Below are positions 48,010 to 64,000 of a stretch of 64,000 bases of DNA, piece after piece (within the stretch, counting starts at the first letter, position 1; each line of letters begins with the position of its first letter). The translations under genes and the position numbers were made by a program. The notes under the pieces are model-generated. The model was not told where the DNA came from. It searched no databases and saw only the letters and a list, made by a program, of their open reading frames with translations. The stretch is taken from the NCBI GenBank assembly GCA_012295275.1, contig CM022667.1, forward strand, positions 10,416,001 through 10,480,000, given 5' to 3'. The DNA is from Chrysomallon squamiferum. Its lineage: Eukaryota > Animalia > Mollusca.

Positions 48010-48235
48010 CACTACTACTACTACTACTATTATTATTACTACACTACTCCAATAATAAACCAGCACAACCACAACCACCACCAGTACTACTATAATAAAC
48101 ATTTTAAACTTTATTTTTCAGGTTCCTGTTCTAGGGAATATATCTCGACAGACTTTCGCAAATCTGACGGCCGTTGTCATGTTACTTGGATTAGGTCTGC
48201 TCACTCTTGGATTCTTTGCCTACGTCAACCGATGA
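47592..48235 (+). CDS. Uncharacterised 106-aa protein with a single C-terminal transmembrane helix (tail-anchored type), 2 coding exons
   Basis: Acceptor at 47570 precedes ATG 47592. Exon 47592-47798 (AAG|GTAATG) joins in frame to exon 48122-48235 (tttttcag|GTT), giving ...DRLEDLRNQKK-VPVLGNISRQTFANLTAVVMLLGLGLLTLGFFAYVNR*. Both exons are GC-richer than their flanks. A candidate upstream non-coding exon has a donor at ~44888 (AAAG|GTAAGA). Confidence 0.72.
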
Positions 48236-50571
48236 CGTAATGAAAACGCGACCTTGACACTCGCAGACGATCTCAAGCTCTTTTTAAAACAAACAAACTA
48301 ACAAACGGAGATACTCGTGGTCAACTGGGAAAATCAAAAATATTTATTTTTGTAACAGTCGGGGCCGGACGCTTGACGCAGTGACAGTCTAAGATGAGAA
48401 AGTTGTAGACGTTTTGTCATTTGACAGATGTTTATAGAACACGTAGAAGTGATACCTGAACTGAATGTCTCAAGTTCAGTGTGTTTGGCTTGTACTTCAA
48501 TCCGGTTCTGGCACAATAATATCTCAAATATTGTTGTATAAAATAACACACAAGGGTTAATGTGAAAAAAAAGTTTGGCTATTTTTTTTAAATGGTTATT
48601 CTTTTATAATGAAACTTCACGAGAGTAAATAAATAAATAAATAAATAAAATGTAAGTTTAAGGTGCTATAATTTATTATCAGTGATTGTCTCTGTTATGA
48701 TTATACTTTATATACAAATACCGAGTGCCATATAGAATATTATTTTTATCCAAGATAATATTTGGTGAAGGTTTTAGCTAACGTTAATGGTAGGCCTACT
48801 AGTTGGTATAAAATATGTACATTTCTTTCTTTTTATTTTATTCTGGTGTCAAAGATAATTTATTTTTAACTAATGTATTCTAGTCAATATTTAACTTGTA
48901 ATCTTGTTTTTCTTTTTTCATTTTTCTTCTTACAAAATAAAATAACACAAAATAAATATAACATATAAGAAATAATCATTTGTTTCTCATTCATTTACCT
49001 GTTGTTGTTTTTTTCTTTCTGACTTATTGCGACCATTCACAACAGTCTGGTACGGGGAAAAAATTCATAAGTTCTTCGTCCTTTTCACTCATCTTTGAGT
49101 GCGTCTTTCCCTTCATTTCGAGAACCCCTCTAGGGGTTAAATGATGCAACCACCCTCACCTCGGGCAGACGATAGCATAATGTAACACAGAAGTTGCAGT
49201 AGATGATGATGATGATGATAAAAAGAAGGTAAATAATAAGTACTAATAAGAACAACAATACAGATAAGGTATTAATGTACAATGCTGAAACCTAAACTAA
49301 TATTTAATTGTAACGTCACTGTCTGTCTTGCATAATAGTATACGAAAATTATATATCCTGCTAAAGATATGCAAGAATTAAATTTCAAAAATAATAATTA
49401 TTAATAATAATATATGAAGAAGAAGAAAAAGTAATGATTTACGACTGAAAAAAGAAAAAAGGAAAAGAAAAGATAGCTGCAGGTATAAAAGATATAAACA
49501 GAAGATCTTTAAGTGGATTCAGTGTTTACCTTAGGCGATGTATTATAAATAGATTTTGTATTTTATTGAAGTAAATATATATAAGAGAACCCCTCTAGAG
49601 GTTAAATGATACAATCAGTATAGATTAAAGTGTAATTATGATGATACATATACGAAAACGCCTATGTACGTTTTGCATTCTCCAGATGATATTCTAGTAC
49701 ATAGCCTTAATATTTGAATCTGACTGTTTAAATAAATGTATTAGCAGTGTGTAAATATGCTTGTACGTAGCACATCATCATCATCATCATCATCATCATA
49801 TTATTATTATTATTACTACTATTATTATCATGATCATCATAATAATCATATCATCATCATAATAGTATTATTATTATTATCATCATCATGAATGTCATAT
49901 TATTGTTAATACTATTGTTATTGTTTCTGTTCATTCCTTAACGACCTCTGATAATAATAAAGAACGGAAACTGTATTTTCCTAATTTGTGACGTTATTTC
50001 ATTTGTATAAATTAATACTCATATTTATACAGTTTCTGAACACCAGTCTTTGAAATATATCAAAGTATTCAGTCAGATATTTTACTCTTAATTATTTATA
50101 TGACGTAATTTCGTAAACTGCCTTGACTCCAGCAAAACATTTCAAAAAACATTATTATTCCTTGTATAAAATGTAGTCATAAAAAGTGGTACACATCTCT
50201 CCGACCTTCTTTCGTGATATTTTACAGTTAGCAAAGATATGAGTATAAAATGATGCATTAGATTATTTATTAGTATTTTCAGTAACATACACAGTGTTCT
50301 CCACCATAACTTCAAGCGGGCACACGCAGGCACGCACACACACACATCTATGCATTGAGTATGTATGTACCTTATTCGTTACTCATTTTTTTAAAAATAA
50401 CATTTTCCAATTACTTGTCGTTGCCTTTAAAAACACCTTCCCGTCTTTTTAGCAACCCCTCATACTGAGTTTTTAACCTCTGACACGAACCATGACCTGT
50501 GACATTATGCAGTATTACTTCAACAAACAAAATTAAAGTTTGCTTTGAGCAGAACGGCACATAAACTAGGT

Positions 50572-50655
<84 letters not shown>

Positions 50656-52260
50656 AAAAGTACATATATCACACAATACAAAACAATACAATAATAACTG
50701 AATTATTATTATTATCCAATAACACTTAGATACGTTATCGTTTTGAACCTTGTTTCGAGGCGGCAACCTTTGACCTTTGCTCAGACACTGAACTGTGACA
50801 TAGCTTCAGGTCGCTGAACTTTGCCACATGTAAATAAGACCTTACGACTGAGTATTTATATTTAAGAAAAACAGTTAAGACAAAGTTACTGGAAACATTC
50901 TTTTTCTTGAGAATTAACGATAGTTGGTCTATCTGTACTACGTTGTATTAGCTGTAGCTGATGATAATTATGATGATGATAAAATAGTTAAATAAATAAA
51001 TAATAACAACAATAACAGCAACAACAGTGCAGAGAATGTGTTAAAATACTATGCTGTGTACCTAAGCTAGTAATGTCACTATCTATCCAGATATTCTTTG
51101 AATTCTCACACACACAGCAAAGTTTCCCTCGCAACCTGTTTTTTTGCTTCGTTTAATTTATGCAGCTTCAGCCGGGATTAAGTTCTATTGTGTCACCTCG
51201 TCACACAAAACAAATGTTTTCAAGAAATCAGCAGAGTCCGCGCATGTCTACGCGATCCTCTTAAACTATGGCGGGCTGTTCGGGTCATATTTCCGTATTT
51301 TAGAATTTGGTTATATTATTTGAAAACGGACGAGTTAAATTAATCATAATGTACATTGTCTCATTAGTGAACTTCTTTTTCACTACAAACATACATATAA
51401 AACTAACAATTAATTTCATATTAACTGCATTTTCGAGTATAAATAAAGAAAATTATGTTATATAAGTTTGTCAAATCGTAATCATATGTACGCATTAAAA
51501 AGGTCTACATGTATAAATGTAACAAATATGTAATATATTTATTTTTATTAATTTAAGTCACTTTTAAAAAAATTATTATCATGCATGTTAGATTAATGAA
51601 TATCGACATGTATAATTATATGACCCGAATGGGCAACCGTACTAAGTAACCCTTTCCCTCCACAATACGCGTTTAATAGAAATAAACTTTGTTCCGGTAG
51701 GAGTACTATTATACTGATACAGATGATTATCTGTAAGAACTGGGACAAATACCTTCTCTAGATGTTGTTCACAATGCAGATTACACTGATGTCGACGCAA
51801 TGATGACGTCGTGCATGTGGCGACAGCTGTAGGGCTCGTTCATGATAAACAAGTAGGAAATGACAGCAATGTGCAGAGATCAGTGATACAGAACTGTTCC
51901 ACAGGTTTTCGGAAATATTGTAAAGAATTAGTTTGTTTTTTTTCTTTTTTTTCACGCGTGACGGATCACGTGGTTTTTCAAAGCTTTGGTAAACATTTAG
52001 TCCTTAGCGGACAACAGTATTTCATTATTATCATTATCAGACGTTGTTATCAAAGGAAACTGCTCGGTTTTAGTGCTGTCTTGACAGTAAATTTTATTTC
52101 ATTTTCACGGCTATAATGTTCAGATGAAATTCAGATAATATCAACTTGAAAGTTTTGACTCTGGATGGTTGTGGCCTGTGGATTTAAAAGAGTTAAAACA
52201 GAAAACAAAATTTCTTGACTTCTACTATTATATTTGGATAATTCGCTACAGGTTGACGTC

Positions 52261-54164
52261 ATGGCTAATTTCGGTTTCGTTGCCGTTGTCTTCGTTGTCG
52301 TGTTTCTATCAGCTAGTGTTACCAAAGCTGACGAAGTACCAGTCAATGTATCAGTGGAATCGTCGGACTTCGTCATTCTAAACAAAAGTGACGTCATCAG
52401 TGACATCATGCTTGACATCATTCCTGCGCCAGATGTTACCATAGTTATGTACGAACAGACATACATCACTGTTAATTACACTCTCAAGTGTTATAAGAAA
52501 AATATCACACACGCCTTAAAGATAGGAACTCTGAACAAAAACGTGGCTTTTCTCAAAGGTCTCAATGAGTACAGCGTCACCTGCGCCAAACTCCAAGCCT
52601 CTTCTGACATCCAGGAGCAAAATGAAAACTTCACCGTTCACACAGGCGAGTTTAACCTCACCGTCTACGCCGATCTCATCGGCAGGACGTGGCTGGTGTT
52701 TGAGACATTCTCCTACAACGGCAGCACGAACCAGTCGTTTGCGAACATGTCGCTAGAAGGCGTGGGACGAAGGGTCCACCGCTACTTGGTGGTCGTCATC
52801 AGAATTCGCAGAATCATCGACTACGTCTTCAGAGGCATCGTCTACTTCTTCGTCATCGCGTCTACTATAGGCATGGGCTGCAAGACAGATCTGGACGTCG
52901 TAAAAAAAGTTCTCAAGAAACCAATAGCTCCAGCCATCGGCTTTGTCTGCCAGTATATCGGCATGCCACTAGTAAGTGCAGTTATTTAAACAGCGACCTA
53001 TCTGTCTTTCATCGGTACGCCATTTATAAGAGCAGTTATTTAAACCGTGAATGATCCATCATCGCCTTTTGTGTCTGACATATGGACCTACGACTAGAAA
53101 GAATAGTTATCGAAACTGCGAGTGACTGTACAGACAAACGATTAGTAGATGGAAATATCCAAATATCTAAGCTATCAGTTTCTGCGGAGAATACATCGGT
53201 AAACGTTATAGCGCAATTATCCAAAGACCGATTTAACTGCTTGGTTAAAAATAATTACCTAAAACGCATTGATTACTTTATCCAATATCAGTTATTAAAT
53301 CACATAAATAACTCTATTTTCTGTGAAAACAGTGGCATGCTATTAATAGTAGTACCAGGAGCAGCAGTGGTAGTAATAGTAATGAATGTAGCAGTAGCAG
53401 ATGCCGCTGTTGTTTTTAATTTTGTATCATCTCTAATATTACTTTACTTCCAGATCGCATTCGGGGTTGCCAACGTCATCAAACTTGATAACCCTGCCGT
53501 ACGTCTTGGCATCTTTTCTTGTGGAATATGTCCCGGCGGCGGCATCAGCAACATCTACTCATACCTCCTCAACGGCGACATCTCCCTTTCGATCACCATG
53601 ACTTGTATCAGCACAATATCAGCACTGGGTGAGTTCAGTACAATTTATATTAACTGGGTTTTTTTATTTTTTTTATTTAACGCATGTTTTTATTTTATTA
53701 TTAACAGTTGTTGAATATTAGTATGTCTGCTTGTGTATCTCTGACTATCTATCTTTCTCATTTTTCACTGACTGACTGATTTATTTACTTGCTTACTTAT
53801 TAATTTTGTTTTTTTAACACTTTGATTGTCGGAGTGGAAACCCCACCAGCATCATCTCTCAGTAGCTGCTACAGTTAAGTCGGATCTCTGACCCTCTATA
53901 ATATCAGGCTTTCTTCTTACCAGTTCACGTATAGACTGTTTCCGGTAATGCGATACGTTTATTTCAAGCATTAACAGTATAACTCCTATTCTATAAACAG
54001 CCAACGGGTCAAATACATAGAAGACACCGTGAGAAAGGATATCCACTCTATTTTTGTTATTATTATTAAAAAATTTGGTATCCAGCTGAGACAGAAGAAT
54101 AATTTTCGCCGTGTGAAGTTACCGAGTCAGTAACAGGCTATCATTTCCAGCAGAGATATTCTTC

Positions 54165-54195
<31 letters not shown>

Positions 54196-54311
54196 TTATT
54201 ATTATTATTATTTTATTATTATTATTATTTTATTATTATTATTTTATGTATTATTATTAATTTTTATTTATTTTTATTTTTTTACTATTATTATTATTTT
54301 ATTTTTTTTAT

Positions 54312-54344
<33 letters not shown>

Positions 54345-54870
54345 TATGGGTTGAATGGGATATAGATTAGTACAGTCTCACCTGTAGACTATGAAAAGGT
54401 CAGTCTTTTGAGTTTTAAGAAAATAAATACCAGATAGTAAAAGGAAAAGAAAACTTAGTCGACCAGAAAACTTTTTAATAATCAGATGGATTCAGAGCTT
54501 TTATCACAAGAAAAGAAAAGAAAAAGATCGCTGAGATAGATTAACAATAACAACAATAATGCTTACAACAACTACCACGGCAATATAAATAATAGGAAGC
54601 TATATGGCAGTAGTAGGGAAAACATTATGATGGTAAGGGGGAGTAGTAGAAGTTAAAATACTTGTAGCAGCAATAACTATGACAACAGAAGAAGCAGTAG
54701 TAGTAGTAGTAGAAGTAGAAGTAGTAGTATGTGTGAGAATAATAGTATTAGTAGCAGTAGCTGTAGGTATAGTAGTAGTAGTAGTAGTAGTAGCAGCCGT
54801 AGCAGCAGTTGTGATAGTAACAATAGTACTAATAATAGTAGTAGCAGCAATTGCAGTAGTTGTGGTAGTT

Positions 54871-54910
<40 letters not shown>

Positions 54911-55755
54911 GAGTAGTAGTATTCGTGGTAATACTAGCAGTTGTTGTAGTGGTAGAAGCAGTAATAGATTTGATTATATTCGCACACAAACTGACAGACT
55001 GACAATGGGAGGCTCGGACTTACGTTTATTAATTCATTGCAGCAATGGTTCCGCTGTGGATGTTCACGCTCGGGCAGACGTTTGCAGACGACACGACAAA
55101 GATAACCATTCCCTACGGCAACATCGTCCTCACTCTGGCGACAGTCATCGTTCCTCTCTTCGTGGGTCTGCTAATCAAGTACAAGTTTCAGAAAGCTGCC
55201 AAGTTCATCATCAAAGTCATCAAGCCGGTTTCCATAGTCACTGTCGTGTTTCTGATCAGTTTTGGCATCTTCACGAACTTGTGGATCTTCAAGTTGTTCA
55301 GCCCGGGAATAGTCCTCGCCGGCTGTTTGCTGCCGTACGTCGGCTACGTTGCCGGCGGCGTCATAGCACTGATTTGCCGCCAGCCGTGGTACCGTGTGAA
55401 AACCATCGCCATAGAAACGGGTATCCAGAACACAATGATCGCGTATCTGCTGCTGCAGAACTCGCTTCCCGTTCCGGACGGGGACTTGGCAGCTGTTGGT
55501 CCAGTCGCGTCTTCCGTGATGACGCCACTTCCTCTTTTCCTGGTTATTCTCGTCTATCTGAGTTACAGACGCTACAAGAAGAAACACGATCCCGTACGAC
55601 AGGATGAGAAAGATAAAGAAGAAGAAGAAGAACAAGATGCTGCTTCGGACAGAAGTAAAAACGAACACGAAGGCAAAAAGAAAATAACCAATGGCGCCAC
55701 GGAAACGGACGAAGAAACGACAAAAGAACTTCTAGACACTACAACATCAGTGTAA
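52261..55755 (+). CDS. SLC10-family sodium/bile acid symporter-like protein, copy A (~532 aa, 3 exons; long glycosylated N-terminal ectodomain)
   Basis: Exons 52261-52971, 53454-53628, 55043-55755 (1599 nt, phases compatible). SBF/SLC10 motifs: GMGC, KKPIAPAIGFVCQYIGMPL, CPGGGISNIYSYLLNGDISLSITMTCIST, MVPLW, IPYGNI, TIAIETGIQN. N-terminal signal peptide, many NxS/T sites, acidic C-tail. Confidence 0.93.
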
Positions 55756-55873
55756 ACAAAACTCTTGTGAAGTTTTGACGGATGAAAATTTATATTTTGT
55801 GTAAATATGTAAATATGTATATATGAATCTTATATATGCGTTGGTCTCTCTCTCTGTATCTGTCTGTGTATTT

Positions 55874-55954
<81 letters not shown>

Positions 55955-56999
55955 ATCCCGTTCTCTTTTTGACATATAGGTAGATAGATAGATAGATAGA
56001 TAGATACATACATATATAGATAGATGGAGAGATGGATAGATGGATAGATCATGCTGTCCATAATTACATACGTTACTGTAATTATAAACCGACAATCTTT
56101 ATCATATCATGAATAAAGACAGGTTTATTTATATTTTTATATTTTTTTACTGAAGTCAAATAAATAATATTGTGCTCTGTAACCATATTTCAATTATTAT
56201 GTGTTTGTCTGAGTGAATTTGTGTATTTGTTTTGTATGTGTTCGTGCGTGCGCGTGCGTGTCTGTGTGTGTGTTTATCCTGCAACTGACATACATAGTAG
56301 CAAAATATAATGACTAGAAAGAATCCTGTATGTTCAGGTACTGATCAGAGATAAAACTGTTTGAGTCAGAACAATAGAAAGGGAGTTAAGAAATAAAACA
56401 GCGAATTTCGTTTGATTTTTTAATTATTCTGAATTAGAAGATAAAAGAAATAACATATAGGTAAAGCTGATGCAACTGTCATAAAAGTGACCTTATCTTC
56501 TGCTATTACTGTTAGTACTACTTCAACAGTCCGCACCACCATCTTTAATATTAATACAACTCTTACTACAAGCAGAGTCATCTCCCTTTCACGGCTTTTA
56601 TACAAATTTTTTTATTTTTTTTATTTTTTATTACTATTTTGTGTTTTGTTATTTATTTTTTTATTTTTTCCTTTTATATATTTTTTTTATTGTTTTGTTT
56701 TGTTATTTTTGTTTTTATTATTTTTTTATTATTTATTGACTTATTTGTTTGTTTTGTTTCGTTTAGTTCGTTGTTTGCTTATTTATTTATTTATTTGAGT
56801 AGAGCTTGATCTTTTGTATTGATTGTGATAAAATAGTTATAAATCAATTATTAATAATATAAAATTATATAAAATAGATAATTAAAAAGAAATATAAACA
56901 AAATTCATAAAAGTTATTTTCTACATTTAATTAATTCATTTTCATTTTTACATATAATTTTTAAAAAACCCACCAAATTCTTTCAAATTACTATTTTTA

Positions 57000-57388
57000 T
57001 TTATTTCAATCATTACTCACAAATAATTCGAAAAGGAAAATTCTAATTTTCGCAAGAAATTTTATTATCACTTCAAAAAGATTATCCCCGTTGGAGATTA
57101 ACTTTATCGCCGAACGGAGATTAACTTTATCCCCGAAGGAAATTAACGTTATCCTGAAAGATATTAGTAAATTCTGAAATGTAAATTAGGACATTATCGA
57201 CAGTTATTTAAGATATTCTGAAAATAGATATTAACAGGCACATAAATCAGCAGATTATTTAAAGAACCTCCGGCTGTTTCAGTTGATCTCCGAACGTCAT
57301 TTTGACGAATCTGTCAGATACGTAACTAGAGCGACGGAAATGAACGTCACTAAGCAGTGACATCACTGAACGAGGTCTCGGTGCAATG
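57000..57388 (+). repeat. Duplicated non-coding block, copy 2, with a ~23-bp tandem expansion (GGAGATTAACTTTATCCCCGAA) at 57080-57165
   Basis: Direct homology with 41888-42288. Confidence 0.88.
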
Positions 57389-57847
57389 AGATACAAATAA
57401 AATAAAAACTAAACTAGCCTGATATAATATAATATAATATAATATAATATAATATAATATAATATAATATAATATAATGTGATATAATGATAATACTTTT
57501 GATCAGTAATGTAAAAATATAACTACTTAAAATGTATCTGTCGAAAATCGTAAGAACTGCAATGCTTATAATACTCACATACACATGCACACAGCCACAC
57601 ACGCGCACACAAGAACACACACGCACACAACTAGCTTTTAAAGATAATAGTTTTATTTTAGAAATACTAATAAATAAAACAGCTCCCTCACTTTTGGAAA
57701 GACGTATTTCAAAAATCAGTTCTACATAGAAGATTGACGTTTTTCTTGAAACCCTATCTTCAGTTTAGTTTTCTGCACGCGATATTTGTGTCACACTATG
57801 AGTTGGGTAGCTGCTGCAATAATTGACCAATGAAATTAGGGGTAATG

Positions 57848-58117
57848 TAGGGGCGTGCGGAGGGGGGGGGCTGAAGGGGCGGTGGCCCCGGCATCCAAAT
57901 CTGCGGAGCCATCCAATCAAAGAAAAGAACTTAATAAATTTCGTTGATTTATATTTAAATCGAATAAAGTGTTCATTTTACGTTTCATCTGTGTTTACAT
58001 ATTCAAAATATCTTCCCATCTCATAGTATTTCTCAGTATTAGGCCTTATACTTGAGTCTTTGGAGCATACAATCAAGGAATTGGCCCCAGGCATTACTAG
58101 ACCTCTGCACGCCAATG
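57848..58117. mobile_element. GC-rich MITE-like element with imperfect 16-bp TIRs (hAT-like termini)
   Basis: Left end TAGGGGCGTGCGGAGG; right end CCTCTGCACGCCAATG (reverse complement CATTGGCGTGCAGAGG); 270 bp; no clear TSD. Confidence 0.6.
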
Positions 58118-59830
58118 ATAATTTATTTCACCAGTAAAATGCATTCCTAGTTATCGTTTTAATTTGTAATTTTGTTTTTGCAAGTACGAAATAAACAATA
58201 AAAAATAAGATATAATATTCTGTTTTCCATTAATTTACCTTTTCATTTTCTGACGTACTGCGTCTAGTAACCACTGTCTGAATAACAGCTATTTATTCTT
58301 AGATGAGGCTCGAACGAATAAAAATCACCGTAAGTTGTTCAGCTTTGATTACGTTATTCTCTGTTGACTTATCTTTGAGCGCCTTTCTCTCACAATAAAG
58401 AGAACCCCTCTAGGGGCTAAATGAGGCAATAACCGTCCCCTCGGGCAGACGGTAATTTAGTGTAGCAGACGATAAAAATGCGAACTCACAGAAACACGAA
58501 TAAAAAGTGTTTAAATATATTTCTTGTAACACTACAGGAAAAAAAACACAAAAAAAATCACAAAACAAAACAACAACAGACGAACACAAAAAACTCAAAA
58601 AATAACAGAATCAAAAACAAAACGCAGGTAGTGGCAACAGTAATAATACTGATAGAGGCAGGAATAATAGTAGCAGTAATAGTACAATAGTGAAAAAAAA
58701 TTAGGCCTGCTAATAATAATAGTAGTGATAGTTGTAGTAATAGTGATAATAGTGATAATAGTAATAGTAGTAATAGTAATAGTAGTAATATTAGCTGTAG
58801 CCAACTAACTTTTAAAGATGATAGTTTTATTATTTAAAATTTTGAATATCTAAAAAAAATGCTGAAACGAAAAATAGTTTTGTTGTTTTTATTCATATAC
58901 TTACAAAAAGACTTTTTTTTTAATTTTATTTATTTATTTTTTTTTTTTTATTTTTTTTTTTATTTGCATTTTGCATTGCAAAACACATACAGTGTTATGT
59001 GTTTGTAAGTGAAAGGCCATTTGTTCCAAAGTTACTGCCATTTAATAGACGCTATGTGTCTTTAATATTGGTCGTTTCTGGCATCTTATAGGATTTAATT
59101 TTGCAACTTAAAATACATTTAGCAATTACAAGTTTTGTAGTTTTTATTTGGTCTACAAAATAGAGTTTTTTGGTTTTGTTTTGTGTTTTTTAAATCGTGT
59201 TTGGTAACTTTTTTAATTTTTAATTTTTTTAATTTTTAATTTTTTTAATTTTGAAACAAGGTTATGATGCAAGTATTTGGCTAAGGTGCTGTTAGCCTGG
59301 CGCCAGTCTCTGCATGGTAGCAGTAGTATTAACAGTGGCGTTGATGGAGGGAGTAATTGAAGATGATAATGATGATGATAAAAAGTAGGTAAAATAAAAT
59401 TAATAGCAACAACGACAATACAGAAAATGTAGTAAAATACAATGCAGGGAAGCTAAATTTAGGTGCACATGTAACGACAAACGCTCTGTCTAGATATTAT
59501 TTGTGTTTTCAGACACAATGAAAAAATTCCCTTTCAGATATTTTTTATTTGTTAAGGTGCAGCAGGCATCATGTTACCCAGGTAATTTTAAGCCAAAAAA
59601 AACCAGCAAACATTGGTGATGCTTTAATGCTACCTCAAAATAAATTTTATTTCATTTTTACGATCATATGCTCTGATGAAATTCAGCTGGCACAATCAGC
59701 CTGAAAGCTTTGACTCAGGACATTGGTTGTGTTAGTGGACAAACGTTCAAAGAGAAAACTAAATTTTTTGAGTTAACATTGCAGCTAACTAGTATTACAA
59801 ATACTAGATAAATCACTTCAATTTGACGTC

Positions 59831-63900
<4,070 letters not shown>

Positions 63901-64000
63901 AAAAAAAAAAAATAATAATAATAATAATAAATTGGTGAATCTTTCACTGACGAAACTTTTATAATATTTGTTAACATGTATAATGCATAAAAACTTACAC

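Noticed and set aside
53082-53453. Long ORF upstream of SLC10 A exon 2
   Set aside because: Intronic read-through. It is not conserved in copy B, and the true exon starts at the acceptor at 53453.
54729-55668. 292-aa + strand ORF and 165-aa - strand ORF overlapping SLC10 exon 3
   Set aside because: They are shadow frames of GC-rich coding sequence extended by (AGT)n repeats.

Overview
This is AT-rich, microsatellite-dense animal genomic DNA, probably a mollusc or gastropod (inferred from the repeat content and gene families). Most ORFs in the supplied track are simple-repeat artefacts. Manual splicing gives six intron-containing + strand genes. Two are tandem paralogous CRISP-like secreted proteins (signal peptide, degenerate CAP domain, hinge, EGF-like module, ShK/ICR-like domain) with identical 9-coding-exon structure, at 4179-13154 and 25455-33644. 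The others are a bursicon-alpha-like cystine-knot protein lacking one canonical Cys (38191-38574), an unrecognised 106-aa tail-anchored membrane protein (47592-48235), and two tandem SLC10 Na+/bile-acid-symporter-family genes (52261-55755 and 59831-63900; the second has a compensated frameshift). In the non-coding DNA, tandem repeats repeatedly start at, and often copy, 5' splice donors in four different genes. A ~750-bp inverted duplication brackets CRISP-like gene 2. A segmental duplication unit around the SLC10 genes carries the small membrane-protein gene in only one copy. There are also MITEs, SINE fragments and a strong excess of TGACGTCA sites.
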